A stretch of DNA of 64,000 nt, taken from contig RHPI01002090.1 in assembly GCA_009103225.1 (NCBI GenBank), positions 418,652-482,651 of the forward strand. The letters run 5' to 3'. Of the stretch, positions 12,195 to 24,485 are shown one piece after another. The DNA comes from Chlorokybus atmophyticus. Taxonomy: Eukaryota > Plantae > Mesostigma and Chlorokybus algae. Position 1 is the stretch's first letter; each line of letters opens with the position of its first letter. Both the position numbers and the translations under genes were made by a program. Under the pieces are notes generated by a model. The model ran no database searches, was not told the origin of the DNA, and was given only the letters and a program-made list of their open reading frames with translations.

Positions 12195-13544
12195 ATGTGT
12201 GGTTTTTGACTTGCTAGCTTCCCCCTGTAGATAAGTGCCATGCTGTTGCACTGGCCGCAACAGCCTTGGTGTGCGTACAATGCTGTGCAGTCGCTGGGAT
12301 CTGTACATACTGCAGCTTGCACAGCCTGCCATGGTGCTGTAGAACTGCGTAGCTTAGTCCATAATGTGTGTGTATGTTTCTTGTAATTGGTGATCCTTGC
12401 GCTGTGTATCAACACACCAGTTGCCTTTGTGCGACTGTGTCAATCTGTGCCCTATGTGCAGAATGCCCGCTGCCATGATGAAGCTGATGTAATTGGTCGA
12501 GCGCCGCGTGTGTCTACTGATGTGTTGAGACATGTGTGGGCCAGTTGACGTACTGTATGATATGACATCGCATGCAAACACACCATAATGCAGAAAACAT
12601 TGCAAAAGGTTACAATGAGAGACTTTCACCATTTCTCTCTATACGGAGTGCCACAAGTATGTCTGCTGCGCAAGTGGATGCTTGCGCCTGCCTGCCTGCC
12701 TACCATCCTACCTACTATATGCACTTGCCATGATCAGCGTAATTCTGGGATTATCTGGTGCAAGTCTACTGCGTAAGCGCTGGTCTGGGCCCCTTGAGTT
12801 TCTGTTGTTGTTATGCTATTGTGGTTTGTGATGGGCATGAGCATACATCCTTGCACTGCAGTATGTAGTGTGTCTCTCATCGCATGGGGTTCAATCCCAC
12901 TACAGTTTGAAGAGTTTTTGTAATTCTCAGTAGTGCGTGTGGGATACAACACCAGGTTGTGCCATGCACCTCCAAAGATGTCTAATCCGGCATACATGGG
13001 TGGCTGGCAAAACTGCCAAGACAACTGCGCGTTGCATGTAACAACTCTGATTCATGCAACACAATGGTGAATGTATAAAAGATGAAGTGCTGATAATGCG
13101 TGCGATGCTTGAGTGGTGTGCATGTTGCATGGTGTTGCGTGTGCACACAGCACGTCATATATCGCGTACACACAAACCAAACATGTGCAACACCTGTGCA
13201 TGCAGGTACACTACAATCCTATGCACAGGAGTACACGAAAGGCCAAGCTCGCTAATGTGCATCCATTCGGCTAATCAGCCGTAATGCGACAGATAACATT
13301 TTGGACAATCTGCGCAACAGCTACAGCTACAAGGGAGAGTGTTCAAAGTACAGTAGGGCAACCAGATCAAAAACATTGAAACACACTTGACCTCAACCAG
13401 CCTCTCCCAATGTTCGACGTTGCTGAAAGGTAGGAGGTCAAGTGTGGTTGCAACAAATCGTGGTCTCCAAAGAACCCAGAAAGAGAAAGATAATTCTCTC
13501 ATGGGGATCGTCCAGCTCCACGCAGCTATGTAACAGGAACCTCC

Positions 13545-16500
13545 TCACTTCGGTTTGTTCAGGAAACGCAGCGCCAAGTACCCAAATATGCGGAACAACA
13601 CAAACATGCCGCAGAGGATGGGCACCTCCAGTGCAACGCTGTCTTTGACATTGAAGTCTGGAATAGACAGCGAAGGATGATTCTCTATGAGACAGGGCGG
13701 GGTTCCACACTGATAGGTGTCAATACTCCCAAACTGCAACTTGAGCAGTATGCGGTAGCTGTAGTAGATGTAGCTGAGCCACTTGAGCCACTCCAACCAT
13801 GCAGGCACTTGTCGCACGTAAAAGCCTCCGACCAGCAACAGTGTTAGCGTAATTACCGACGATACAGTTGTCGCCTGCTTCACATCCTTGAAGGTCGCAC
13901 CCATCCACAGGCCAAAAGACTGCAAAAACACAGCTCAAAATCACTGCAAAGGAATGGCCACATAACGCACTGGTGGTATCCAGGCTGTGATAGCATCAAG
14001 AAACCAACGTCACTGTCGTACCACTGCCGTCATGACTGTTACAAGTATGGTCAGCAACATCCAGAGGAAATCCACTGAAGCTCGAAGTCCAACCATCCTG
14101 CAAGCGGAGGTTTTAGCTTATGCTGTGTGTGCATCCACTGAGTCAAGAAGTTCACAAGATGCGCCATGACAGCGCAAATATCGCAGTGCAAGGGACGCCG
14201 ATTACCAGTACGAGATGCAGATGAAAACAGTAGGCAGCAGCAACTCCATTGGAGCATCACTGAAAGACCTTCCAAGAAAATATGCGGACAAACGATACAT
14301 GCCACTGCCTCGCTCTTTCAATAGAATGGCCCGTTCCTGCAAACATTGATGACATACATCAAATGTTGGTTACACTGATGTTGTGCCCTGCAACAAGCAA
14401 CTACTCGAGTTTGCTCCCCAATGTGCTTACCTGAGGGAAAGTAAAAAGACTGTTGAAAAGCGGGAAGAATGACCTGTGACCAACATGTTGGTTATAAACT
14501 GCCATGTGCAAATGCCTATATGCAGACCTTTCATAAGCTAGTCCAAGAAAGAAACGCAACACAATGATAGGACCAGCATTTCAGAGCACAGGAACAGCCC
14601 AGGAACCCACCAGAAAACACAGAGGAAGAAAAGGTATCCTGCCAGATCGGAAATGCCTGCTTCAGTGCTAGCTCCGCGCCTCAACCACAGCAACCCTGTG
14701 ATAACAGCCACAGCAATGACCTAGCCACACACAGAAGGTCAGCTACAGCATGACCAAAGCAGCACGAGTCACACATCAGCAGCTTGCAGTACCTGGAAAA
14801 TCTTGAGCCCGCTGAAGGCATCAAAGCGCCGCTCTTTGGTTGCACGCTCAGCCAGCACACGGAACTGCGTCCACCATGCCACAGGCCATCTCTTCGGAGC
14901 CTGACCACAAGCACGTTGAAACATACCATATCACCAATGCGAAGATGTAATAAGTAACTGCTCCTTACCGCAACCTCCTCCTCCTTGCGATATATGGCAC
15001 GCATCCCTGAATTGGCTCGCTCAGGCTCGGCTAAATGCCGGGCTTTGGATGCAAAGCGGGATTCATAAGCTTGGATGAGGAACTCCTTGGACTCGAGGGC
15101 GCTGCGACCTTCTACTGCCTCGCCAGTGGCCAGGTCCAGCACGTAGTCCGCCGGGTTTGTCTCAAACTGGGGGCTGTAACCGAGGTTGGCAAAGTACTTC
15201 ATAGCATCCTTGCCCGCTCCATAGTACATGACATGACCCTGCACGCCATCCCGGGTTTCAGTTTTATTTTTAGGCAGCACTGCATATACACTCAATTAAT
15301 GCATGCTGCAATACACGCTTACGTCTGCAAGTAGGATCAACTTGTCAAACATCTGAAACATTCGGGACGAGGGCTGATGAATGGTTGTGATGATCGTGCG
15401 GCCGGAAGCCGCAAGGTTGCGCAGTGTGTGCAGGAGACGCAGTGCTGTTGTTGAGTCGAGCCCAGAGGTAGGCTCATCCAGAAACAACAAGGAAGGGTTC
15501 GTGACCAACTCGTGTCCCACATTGACACGCTTCCGTTCACCACCGGAGACACCACGCCTGAACGCTCCACCAATAATGGTGTCTGCTGCCCTGTAAGAAG
15601 AGAGAAACATGCTCAGGTTGACAGGTAGAGCACTTGCTGTGCATGCGAACGATGAGCTTTGCAGTATATGATGCTCCCATGACAAGCACCAACTCACTTC
15701 CGCAACCCCAAGGTATCGATGATGGCCTCGGCTCGCTCCTTTTTCATGGCGACGCTCACTGAATCGGGTAGCTTGAGCATGGCAGCGTATGTCAGTGTCT
15801 CACGCACAGTCAGGTTGGCAAAGAAGACATCGTCCTGCATGACAAAGCCCATACGCCGCCGCATGGCTTTGGCATACGTACGACCGTTGTACAGAATGTG
15901 GCCTTCAACATTATTCGTAATTCGGCCACCAAGCACGCTGAGTAAAGTGGTTTTACCAGAACCTGCAAACAACCAGCTTTGTTAATACGTCTTGCTTCGT
16001 AGCACTCAAGCCAGTCCAGCAGCAGACGCGATGTACCTGATGGACCCATTAGTGCAAGAAGGTCTCCAGGCATGACCAGGCCGGACATGTCGAACAGAAT
16101 CTGCTTCTTTGTTGCTGCTTGGGCCTCTTTGTCTTTCTGAAAGCGGCGAACGTCCCACCATGGCTGCTGGGTCAAGCCAATTTCGACCCAGTAGTTGATA
16201 GACTCAAACTGCGACAGCAGCGTGTTAATCACAATGTCACCACCAGTTGCAAGAAGATGCAATAGATGCAACAAAGCAACCTCACTTGCAACATGACAGG
16301 CAGCTCAGGCTGTTCATAAGGTTGAGCTGATATGTCCAAAGGCGTATCGTCTTCAGCGTCACCTGCGTGCGAACTACGTGCAAACGAACTCCTGCTGCGT
16401 GCAGGAGCGAGCGCTTCTGCATCCTTCACATCAACTCTGTGCTCGCGCGACTGTCGGGATTCGCGCCCAAAATCCTGGTCAGCCAACGCCAGCCCTGCAA

Positions 16501-18169
16501 ACCCTTCTCCATACCTGTGAAAGGCAAGTAAGGATTTTCCAATGAGCGAAAGGTAAAGTTTGAAGACCAAAATTTCGCAAAGTCTGATTGCAAACGGCAC
16601 CCACCATTGATGCGATGATGATGTCTTCACAACAGCAGTACTTTTCATCCGTACTGCATCTTTGCCATTGGAAATAATAGCCCCGAGTGGGGACAGTAAA
16701 TAACATAATTGAGTCACAGCACCAGTGCCATCACTTAGAGGAGACACAGATACCAAACACCGGAAGGCATCTCCATCCTGCGAAAATATCGAAAATATAT
16801 TCATCTTCTGAAGGCGCCAACGCGTACCAGCAATATCCTCACAGCCACTCACCTTGCGATGCAAATGCAATGTTACAGTCGTTTCAGATAAGGATGTTTC
16901 TGCCTTGTCCAGGTCGGTCACCGCTTCTGCCTCTGTGGCACTTCCCTGCATTGTTATCATCAGCTTTTAGACCAGAAGTAGTATTGTTTCTAGCTCCTAA
17001 CATGCTCTGAACATGCGCACACCCACTGAAGACAAGGTCAGTCAACAGTACCAGCAGCAAGTGGCTGGATTTCCCAATGGCTTCTCCCTCAGTGTAACCA
17101 GTAAGCATGACGAACGCTTGCGAGATCTGCACAATGGTGCGGCTGCGCACATCCAATATGAAGTATGCCCCATCTCCCTTGGCCAACACACGAAGCATGC
17201 GGTCTGCAGCGCAATCAAGTGTCAGATTCCTTGCTGCAGAGAAACACTGCTGCATTGGAACCTTGCTTGAACAGATGTACTACTTATACTCAAGCAAGCG
17301 ACGAATGCTGCATGCCATTGCCATTGTCAATGTGATGAAAAGTGGGTTACCTGCACTAGACTGGCGCCGAACCAGGCCTTCTGGTGCATGGTCTCCAGCA
17401 GGCGTTGCTGCAAGACGATCTGGTGGGTGTAAGTCACTGACTTGAACCAGCATCACAACAACAAGCCATTGAAGCGTGAACAACACTACTGACCACCATA
17501 CGCAATGCAAAGGCGAAATGCATGATAAGGAGTCTCAACGAGCACTTCAGGAAACCGATTGTGCTTTCACGACCTCGCAACAGGCACTAACAGCCATTGT
17601 CCCCAACTTCTGTGACGGGGAGAAGAAACAATGGCGCAATAAGGCCCACATGCACAACGCTTGCAGTAACGGGAGTGTCCAGTAGGAGCGTGACAGAATG
17701 TTTGTTGTTTGACATGACGGCCATGGGTAGAACAAAGGCTACGCCGACGTTGCTGGCCTCTAACAAACAGCAAATAGCACTGATAGCGAGCGCAACGCGC
17801 TGCATTTCTTGGCAGAAAACCAACAACCAATGCTAGGTATTGCTCGCACTGCAAGGCTGCGCAGAACTAATCTCAGCAAGCAGTGAGCGGCCAACCACGC
17901 GCGAGCACTGAACATGCGCATCACAGCTGCTCAACACAGCAACATTCCAGCTGCTAATGAGCTTCAACTTCGCATGCAGCACGTCAACAACAAGAGGGAT
18001 TGATCGCAAACAACCAGCAGCAGGGTGCTGTACGAGGCAGGCAGATCCCCACACGCACACATCCACCGTCCCTTTCCCCCGCCCCCAACTCAACATACAC
18101 TCGCGCACCTATGGCTTCCTGCGCAGCCTGCTGTACATTGTCAGGCAAACGACTGTTCCCGTCCTCCAT
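13545..18169 (-). CDS. ABCG (White-family, ABCG22/27-like) half-transporter with N-terminal PAS domain(s). The 5'-most exons are uncertain.
   Basis: Walker A GPSGSGKTT, signature [21 protein letters not shown]-loop TIHQP, TMD with [14 protein letters not shown] and a C-terminal ...ALRFLNKPK*. Upstream exons join in phase to a PAS domain (17203-16605). The start at 18169 is tentative. Confidence 0.9.
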
Positions 18170-21100
18170 GCCCGCCGCCCGTCCCGCCACCCGTACCGCC
18201 GCCGCCTTCGCCACCGCCGCCGCCGTGGCACTACCGCCTTCGTCCAGCTATTGCACTGTGTTGCGCCACGTTGGTGCCCTGACAAAGCCCAGTCATTAGC
18301 ACCAAGGCGGGTACATTTAACGTACATGTCCAGGACATGATGTCCCCCGCCCGTTGCATTCGGAATCCTGAACCTGTGGTTCAGTGCGTTCCAAGGAGTG
18401 CCACCTCACACTGCTGTTCGGTCGAATCAATTCAGGACTCAAGTCGCGGCGAATCGAGACGCGGAGCGTGGTGCTTGCACGCACCGTTGGCGTGCGCGTC
18501 ATCATTGCTGTACCAGCCTTGCTTGTCAGGGTCGAGGTTGTCAAGCATCTGATAGGCCAAGATGTAGGCAGAGTACGGCTCGTACTGTTCGGGCAAGAAG
18601 TGGTCATTGAGAGTTATGAGTACAAGTGTTGCCGAGCATATGTATGGCTTTGAATGGGGAGTAAAATCCTGTATGGTAAAGTCGTAGCTTTGGGCCACTC
18701 AATAAAATGATGAAAAGCCACACATCAGTTGCCAAACTTGTTGATTAGAGAATGGAGCAATAGCTTATAAGCTAAGCAACGCTAAGCAATGGACAAGTTG
18801 CACTTGATGAGAGTATTTGGCAATCACCTACATTGTATCACAAGCATAATTATGGATTATGGTCTCATCAAATATATAGCAGCTCACTCACAACTTGTGT
18901 GGACCTACCAACCCATCATGAACAACTTATACATACTAAAACAACTTGCGTTGACTTATCACCAATTTATTATAATGCTTAATGAATAGCATTAAAATCG
19001 TTTGTGTGTGTGTGATGTTGTTTGTAATGTGGTATTTATATGTGGGTGGAAAAAAAAATTATTATATTTAACAACGCGATAATTATAGCATCATTGTATT
19101 GTATGATATATTTGTCGTATGACCATTCTTCCTTACGACATGTGAATCCTTTTAAGCAAAAACCGTGCAGCACACAATCATGTGTATTTGTATTGTGTTA
19201 CAACAAGTAGAAATGATTACCTACATACGCATCTTAATTTAGGACGCCGATGAAGGGCAATATCTTTGTGTTAATTAAAAACAGTGTATACACTTTGCAT
19301 ATACATAAGCTTACACGTCAACTTCGTGACAACACACTTATATCACATGTTCAAGCTTGTGCACAAGCTTTAACGTAATCAAGCTTTTCAAAAACCTATA
19401 GCGTCTAACACAAAGGTCAACTTCACATTGTCATCCTTATATTGCATTAGATTTTTTGTCGTTCGTTGGCTAAGTGGTATAATATGTGAAAATGCTTCAC
19501 AACACTGTATTCACCTTCATGTCCCGCAGCATTTAACATTGTAACAAGCACATTATGAGCAATGCGATAATACGCACAGTTAGTCACATCCTGTAATGGT
19601 GAAGCAAAGATGAGCGACATATCAGGGTGCGCGGGGCAATAATTACATGCTGTTACAAGTCGTATGCAAATCATCATAAGCAAAAGTATATTGGAATGCG
19701 CATTGTTGCAATATTTGTCATTCATTGCACACCGTGAGCTGTTACGTGCGACTGACACACAACTTAACACACATACATTTACATCTTGTACATCTATACC
19801 TTGTACACAATACATTTGATGCAGTCATATCATAGCAAGCCATTATTGTCACAGAATTATGGTCAATTTGTGGTAATTTAATGTACCTTCCCGTTACAAT
19901 TATGATACATGCAGAACAAGAGGCGGTGATATGCAGTTGCCAGCTTTATCCAAGTTGACCACTTGGCTGTATAGCAATTTGTAAAGCTGAAACCCGGAGG
20001 GCACATGCAACGGCACTTAGCTTGCCTTTGTAATGCGTGTCACACCACCAAACCATGTCTTCTTACCTGCGACATGCATGTACATTCTCTCGCATCAACC
20101 ATGGCTGCAAGTTAATAGACAATAACCGTTTATGAGGATAATATCATAGATATTGCTCTGTAAGTGTTTTGCTGAGCTTTTACACCTGGAGCCAACATAG
20201 TGGCATTTACCATACTGTAGGGCATCTTCTACAACCACATACAACAATGCATGTAAATTGTCGTGATCTCGATACTGCCACGGTGGTGTTACCAGCCCAC
20301 CGAAACCCATTACATGTTAGTATCGTGATAGACGCGACGTGTGTGCCGTTTTAGCCGTCTACATTTAAGGGTGTATTAGCTGCTTTGTTTGGACATGATA
20401 TTGCCTTGTGCAAAACTCCTCATTACGTTTACAACATGCCACCCTCCCTCTGGCTGCAGGTTGTACACCTACCCCTCATGTCTCCTTGCCTGCACCCACT
20501 GCCGCATATGCACGCACACGCATACACGTAGTGTAGTGGTGGGTTGGTTACGTAAGTTTAACACCTACACCCCCCGGCCAAATATGTAAGAATTACCTTA
20601 CTTTCTATGCATAGCTTATTGGACAGTGCCTGATGCTATTTCATGTTTGCATCATTTGATATAACGTGTGCCATTAAGCAACAATTGTGGCCAAGTACTA
20701 TGCATCGCACATGCTTCATGCAAATTACACTCTGCTAAAATTGCGCAACTGTCAACGGCAACGTACAGTGACATGATTGCAACTTGTAGTGCTTATCTGC
20801 TATAGTGCTTATCTGCTATACATACAGAGATGCGGTTTAATGCTGTCGACTGACTCTTTACATGCTGCGGGGTGCACGCATATCGGCAACGGACTTCTAC
20901 AGACAGGTGGCGGAGGAGGCGACCACAGAAACAAGCAAAACAGCTCTCTGTACCACACTGATTGGCCCGCCTTGTCGCCTGCAAGCACCCTCTCACCTGG
21001 ACAGGCGAACAGCAAGCAACCTGACGACCGACATTTGCGCATACTGCAGGCACGTCAAGCTACGGCCAGCAGGCTGGCGCAGCAATGCCTACCACTTCAC

Positions 21101-21405
21101 GTTCCCTCGGAGGCTGACCACCAATGCCGCCAACCCCTAAAACACTAGGAACGATCGCCACCTTTGCCGCCACCGCCACTCAATGACTAGTGCAGTCTGC
21201 AATGCGCCGCTGCTCGCGTATTGACATGCACAACACCGACAGTCGGTACTGCTTCTTGTCGGTGAGAAGACTGGGCAACCATCGTATCAAACCTACCACA
21301 GCGCTGACAGACGCAAGGTCGCTGGTGGTGCGTACGCTGACTTGAAACCCAAAGCTGAACAGACAATGGGAAAAGAAGCTCACGTTGTTCTTCTTGCTTG
21401 CGGCC

Positions 21406-23739
21406 ATGTGGCGGCATGTGACGCCACATGGGGTGCAGGTGGCGGCTGCGGCTGCTGCCGGGGCGAGGGCGTTGCTGAAGGTGAAACAGCGGACAAGATG
21501 TTGCAAAGCAGCCTGCAGCTCGTCTGCTGCGGGAGCACTGCGCCGCCCGCAGTTGGCCAAACTAGGCAAAGCTGGGTCGCCTGGTTTCAGCGCAGCTTTA
21601 CGGAGACGGCAGCCTGCCCGTTATCCTGCATGTAGCCGTGAGCGCTGTCGTGCGAGCATGGCGACGGCTGCTGCCGGCGGTGAGGACGCTAGAAGTTTGC
21701 ACAATGCCCGGCAGAGCAAGTACTTTGACGCGGCTGTGGAGTACTTCACACAACCCATCCCTCAAGAGGTGACTTGGTGTTTCCATTGATGTATGTGGAG
21801 CATGCTCCACACACAGTTTGCATGCGAAGCGGAACTATGTCATGTGTGGTTAAGTGGAGCAGTGCTTGGCACGCATATATGCTTGTTTAGTAGGTACAGA
21901 TGCTGCGAGTAACCTCAGCCGCTGGAGCGCTGATGGGATGTGCAGGTCGTTGATAGGCTGCACCAGATTGTGGGAGCTGCAAAGTTGACACAATCAGCGC
22001 GTGTCTTGGATGTCGGTTCGGGTGTCGGGCCTCTCATCCCTATTATAGGTAGGACAGCAATTGCAGTGTTGTTAGTTGCGGTGTCCGCACTTTTCGATTC
22101 CTGTCAGACCCTTCAAGGTTTCTCTTCCCCCCAAACCCACGCAGCTGTTTGGCAGGTGCCCCAGACTGCTGCACAGGCACCTGGCAAACAGCTGCCGATA
22201 GGGGCTGCAGCAAAGCAAGTGCATGCAGCATGTTTACAGCGCAATAGCAAACATGCCATGCGGTTGCAGAGGCAGCAGGCGTGCCGCAAGACCAGATTGT
22301 TGCCGTGGATTTGTCGGAGGCAATGTTGGTAGAAAATAAAACTCTTCATGACGATGTGTCCTGCTGGATTGGTGATGTCGCGGACCTGCCAAAAGAGTAT
22401 GGTCCCTTTGATGCGGTGTTCATAAACGCCTGCTTTGGCAACTTTTATGACCAAGCGGCTGCGCTCGCTGATATTGTCTCACTCTGCAACCCAGGTGCAA
22501 ACAGCCGTGAATAGTGGAACCATCATGCATGCTGGCGTTGTCTGTGTTTGTGTTAAGCCGTGACGTTGACCAGGTGCTGCTATTGTTATAAGCCACCCGC
22601 TGGGTCATAGGTACGTGGAGCAACTTCATCAGGAATCGCCAGATCTTGTTCCCAACAGTTTGCCGCATAGCAATGCACTTGACGAGTTGGCTACGCCGTT
22701 GGGACTGCAAGTGGAATCACTAACTGATGAAGAGGACTTGTACCTGGCTCTTTTGCGGGTGCGTAATGGCACTGTAAGCTCAGCTGTGTTTTGCTCTGTC
22801 AAGCTAATGCATCAATGTTGGGACAGATAGGTTAATGCGGATCATGTACCGGACCATCGACTTGGCAGCTCGGAGTTGCAACCATCTCAGATCGATGATT
22901 TGAGCAATCCCTCTGCAGAGCTAGCAGGTTGCAAAACTCTTGCGTTGCAGCACTTGTAATCAGGTACTGAAGAGAGTCTGACTGCTCTTCTTTCTTTGTT
23001 GCAACAGGTGCATTGTACCTAGACAAGGCTCCTGTTTACCTGCGAGGTCCCGTGGTCAGTGGCTTCGGCCGTGGTAGCAAGCAGATGGGCATACCAACAG
23101 GTGCTTTGTTGCTGCAGTGCCCGAACATTTTCCAAGTCTACTCTGGTTTGATACAATGCAAGCACTAAAATGCGCTAACTGCGTTCGTAGCTAATCTACC
23201 ACCGGAGCAGCTGCAAGAGGAATTGGAGGGCATTCAACTGGGGGTGTATTTTGGGTGGGCTGCCCTAGCAGAAGGGAATGACCAACCTCACAAGATGGTA
23301 ATGAACGTGGGCAAGCGACCAACATTTGTGGACGGGGAGGGCATCACGGTGGTAAGCGTTGTTGTACACATACAGCCATGATGCTTGCGCTGTCACACCC
23401 AGATGTGCGAAGCATCAGGTCCATTGGCCATGATTGACATCAAGGTCTTGTAGGAACTTCACATCATGCACAAATACCCCTCAGACTTCTATGGCAAGGA
23501 GCTTCGTGCCGTCGTCCTCGGCTTTGTGCGCGGGGAGCAGAAGTTTTCTTCAATAGGTATGAGCAGCTCATGCACTTCATTTGCATGCAAGCAACGCGCA
23601 TGCAGATGACCTCGCCAACTCTTGGGCAGGTGAACTCATCGCGCGCATCCACAAGGACATAGAAGTCGCAGATGCAGCTCTTGATCGACCCATGTGGTCA
23701 GTGTACCACCAGGATCCGTTCTTCTACCAAAAAACTTGA
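21406..23739 (+). CDS. Transit peptide + class I SAM methyltransferase + riboflavin kinase (flavokinase) fusion, 9 exons
   Basis: MTase motifs: VLDVGSGVG, VAVDLSEAM, FDAVFINACF, ISHPLG. Linker exon 22831-22927 is open and phase-matched. RFK motifs: [53 protein letters not shown], then IHKDIEVA...*. Confidence 0.86.
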
Positions 23740-24485
23740 GAATTGCCCGTGCGCCTGAGCGTGATCCCTTGGCTGTACGTGCAGTTGCAACTGTGACTTC
23801 ACCCTTGTGTATGGGTTCCGGTTTCTTTTTGTACTGTCTAGCACGACCAAGTTCAGCAGTCAATATGGTTAAGCAACGAGCCTCCAAAAGGTTACGTATA
23901 ATTATACACCGAGAAGATTATGTGGGCACTCAACAATGCCAAAAACGCATTATTGCAAGTGTGCCTGCAAAGTCAGAACTGACAACAGCTCCACGTGCAA
24001 GATATGACAGGTCCAGGAATGCACATGTCTTCCGATTCTGAGCTTGCCTTGGGCAGCTCTTATGTGCTTATGTATGCCAGCAGAAATGATATATCCTGAC
24101 CCGTTGGACTTGTGCTGTACTTCTTGCGCGATATGTCAAATGCTATACTCAATCCGGCTTGGCAGTCTCAGTTTGCAGGACGACTACACTGCTACAGCTG
24201 CCATATGCAGAACCCACTTGCAACCAGCAGGTAGATTGCTACCATTCATTGCGTCAGGTGTAGTGGGCCATGGCAGCTGCCATGGCCTATTACAAACAAG
24301 GCCATCTGTGCTTGACAATATGTAGTGCTCGCATAAAGCGGCGGAACCACACACAATGGAGTGTAATTTGCATTTGTGACCACCCATGCTTGTTCTCCAC
24401 ACTGTAAATTGTTTTTTGTCCAACTGTACAATGCATGCAAGTGCATCAAACACAATTCGCGCATTTGGAACATAATCATGTCCTG

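Noticed and set aside
16605-17203. Calling the PAS domain a functional LOV photoreceptor
   Set aside because: The photoactive Cys and the flavin-contacting Asn/Gln/Arg positions are substituted (GKSSHLLL vs GRNCRFLQ). Only the fold pattern is supported.
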